This document shows positions 28,547-28,672 of a stretch of DNA of 28,672 nt, piece by piece (the first letter of the stretch is position 1; the number at the start of each line of letters is the position of its first letter). The notes beneath the pieces were generated by a model. That model saw nothing but the letters and a program-made list of their open reading frames with translations, was not told where the DNA came from and did no database searches. The stretch is taken from positions 1 to 28,672 of the forward strand of contig JBFMGO010000080.1 of the NCBI GenBank assembly GCA_040752695.1, written 5' to 3'. Both the position numbers and the translations under genes were made by a program. This DNA comes from a bacterium (GTDB lineage Bacteria > SZUA-182 > DTGQ01).

Positions 28547-28672
28547 GAGTTATAATTGAAAGTTGTGTATGGAGGGTTAGGTGGTGTATCCTTTAGGGTG
28601 ATTTTTCCCAAAAATAACCCCAGCATTTTGAATTAACCAAAATGAAAGGATACACGCACCATGAATAAAGAT
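28547..28672 (+). mobile_element. Left end of a probable IS256-family insertion sequence; transposase would start at ATG 28661 (MNKD..., runs off the window)
   Basis: End GAGTTATAATTGAAAGTTGTGTA (GAG start, TGTGT at positions 18-22) resembles recalled IS256-family IRs; inverted repeat 28580-94/28645-60 sequesters the AAAGGA RBS. Transposase body and IRR are not visible. Confidence 0.7.

Overview
Bacterial chromosomal window at moderate GC, with a gene order reminiscent of Deltaproteobacteria-like organisms (inferred; taxonomy not determinable here). From left to right: an AT-rich intergenic region with a 9-bp-periodic hairpin; a translationally coupled selA-selB-(B12-binding radical SAM) operon (-); a sensor-less sigma54 enhancer-binding protein (-) with its own sigma54 promoter and UAS-like triple repeat, back-to-back with an orphan UpxY/NusG-paralog antiterminator (+); a housekeeping run (-) khpA-transketolase N/C-ftsE-ftsX-envC-ctpA-divergent polysaccharide deacetylase-tsaD; mazG (-); CIRCE-controlled hrcA-grpE-dnaK (+) with no dnaJ; a 1868-aa mosaic PAS/GAF hybrid histidine kinase (-); and an intact vapC toxin whose antitoxin is cut by the left end of a probable IS256-family element at the window edge. 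Best candidates for something new are the bEBP/UpxY regulatory module and the selAB-coupled radical SAM enzyme. All calls are from motif reading only; no database searches were run.
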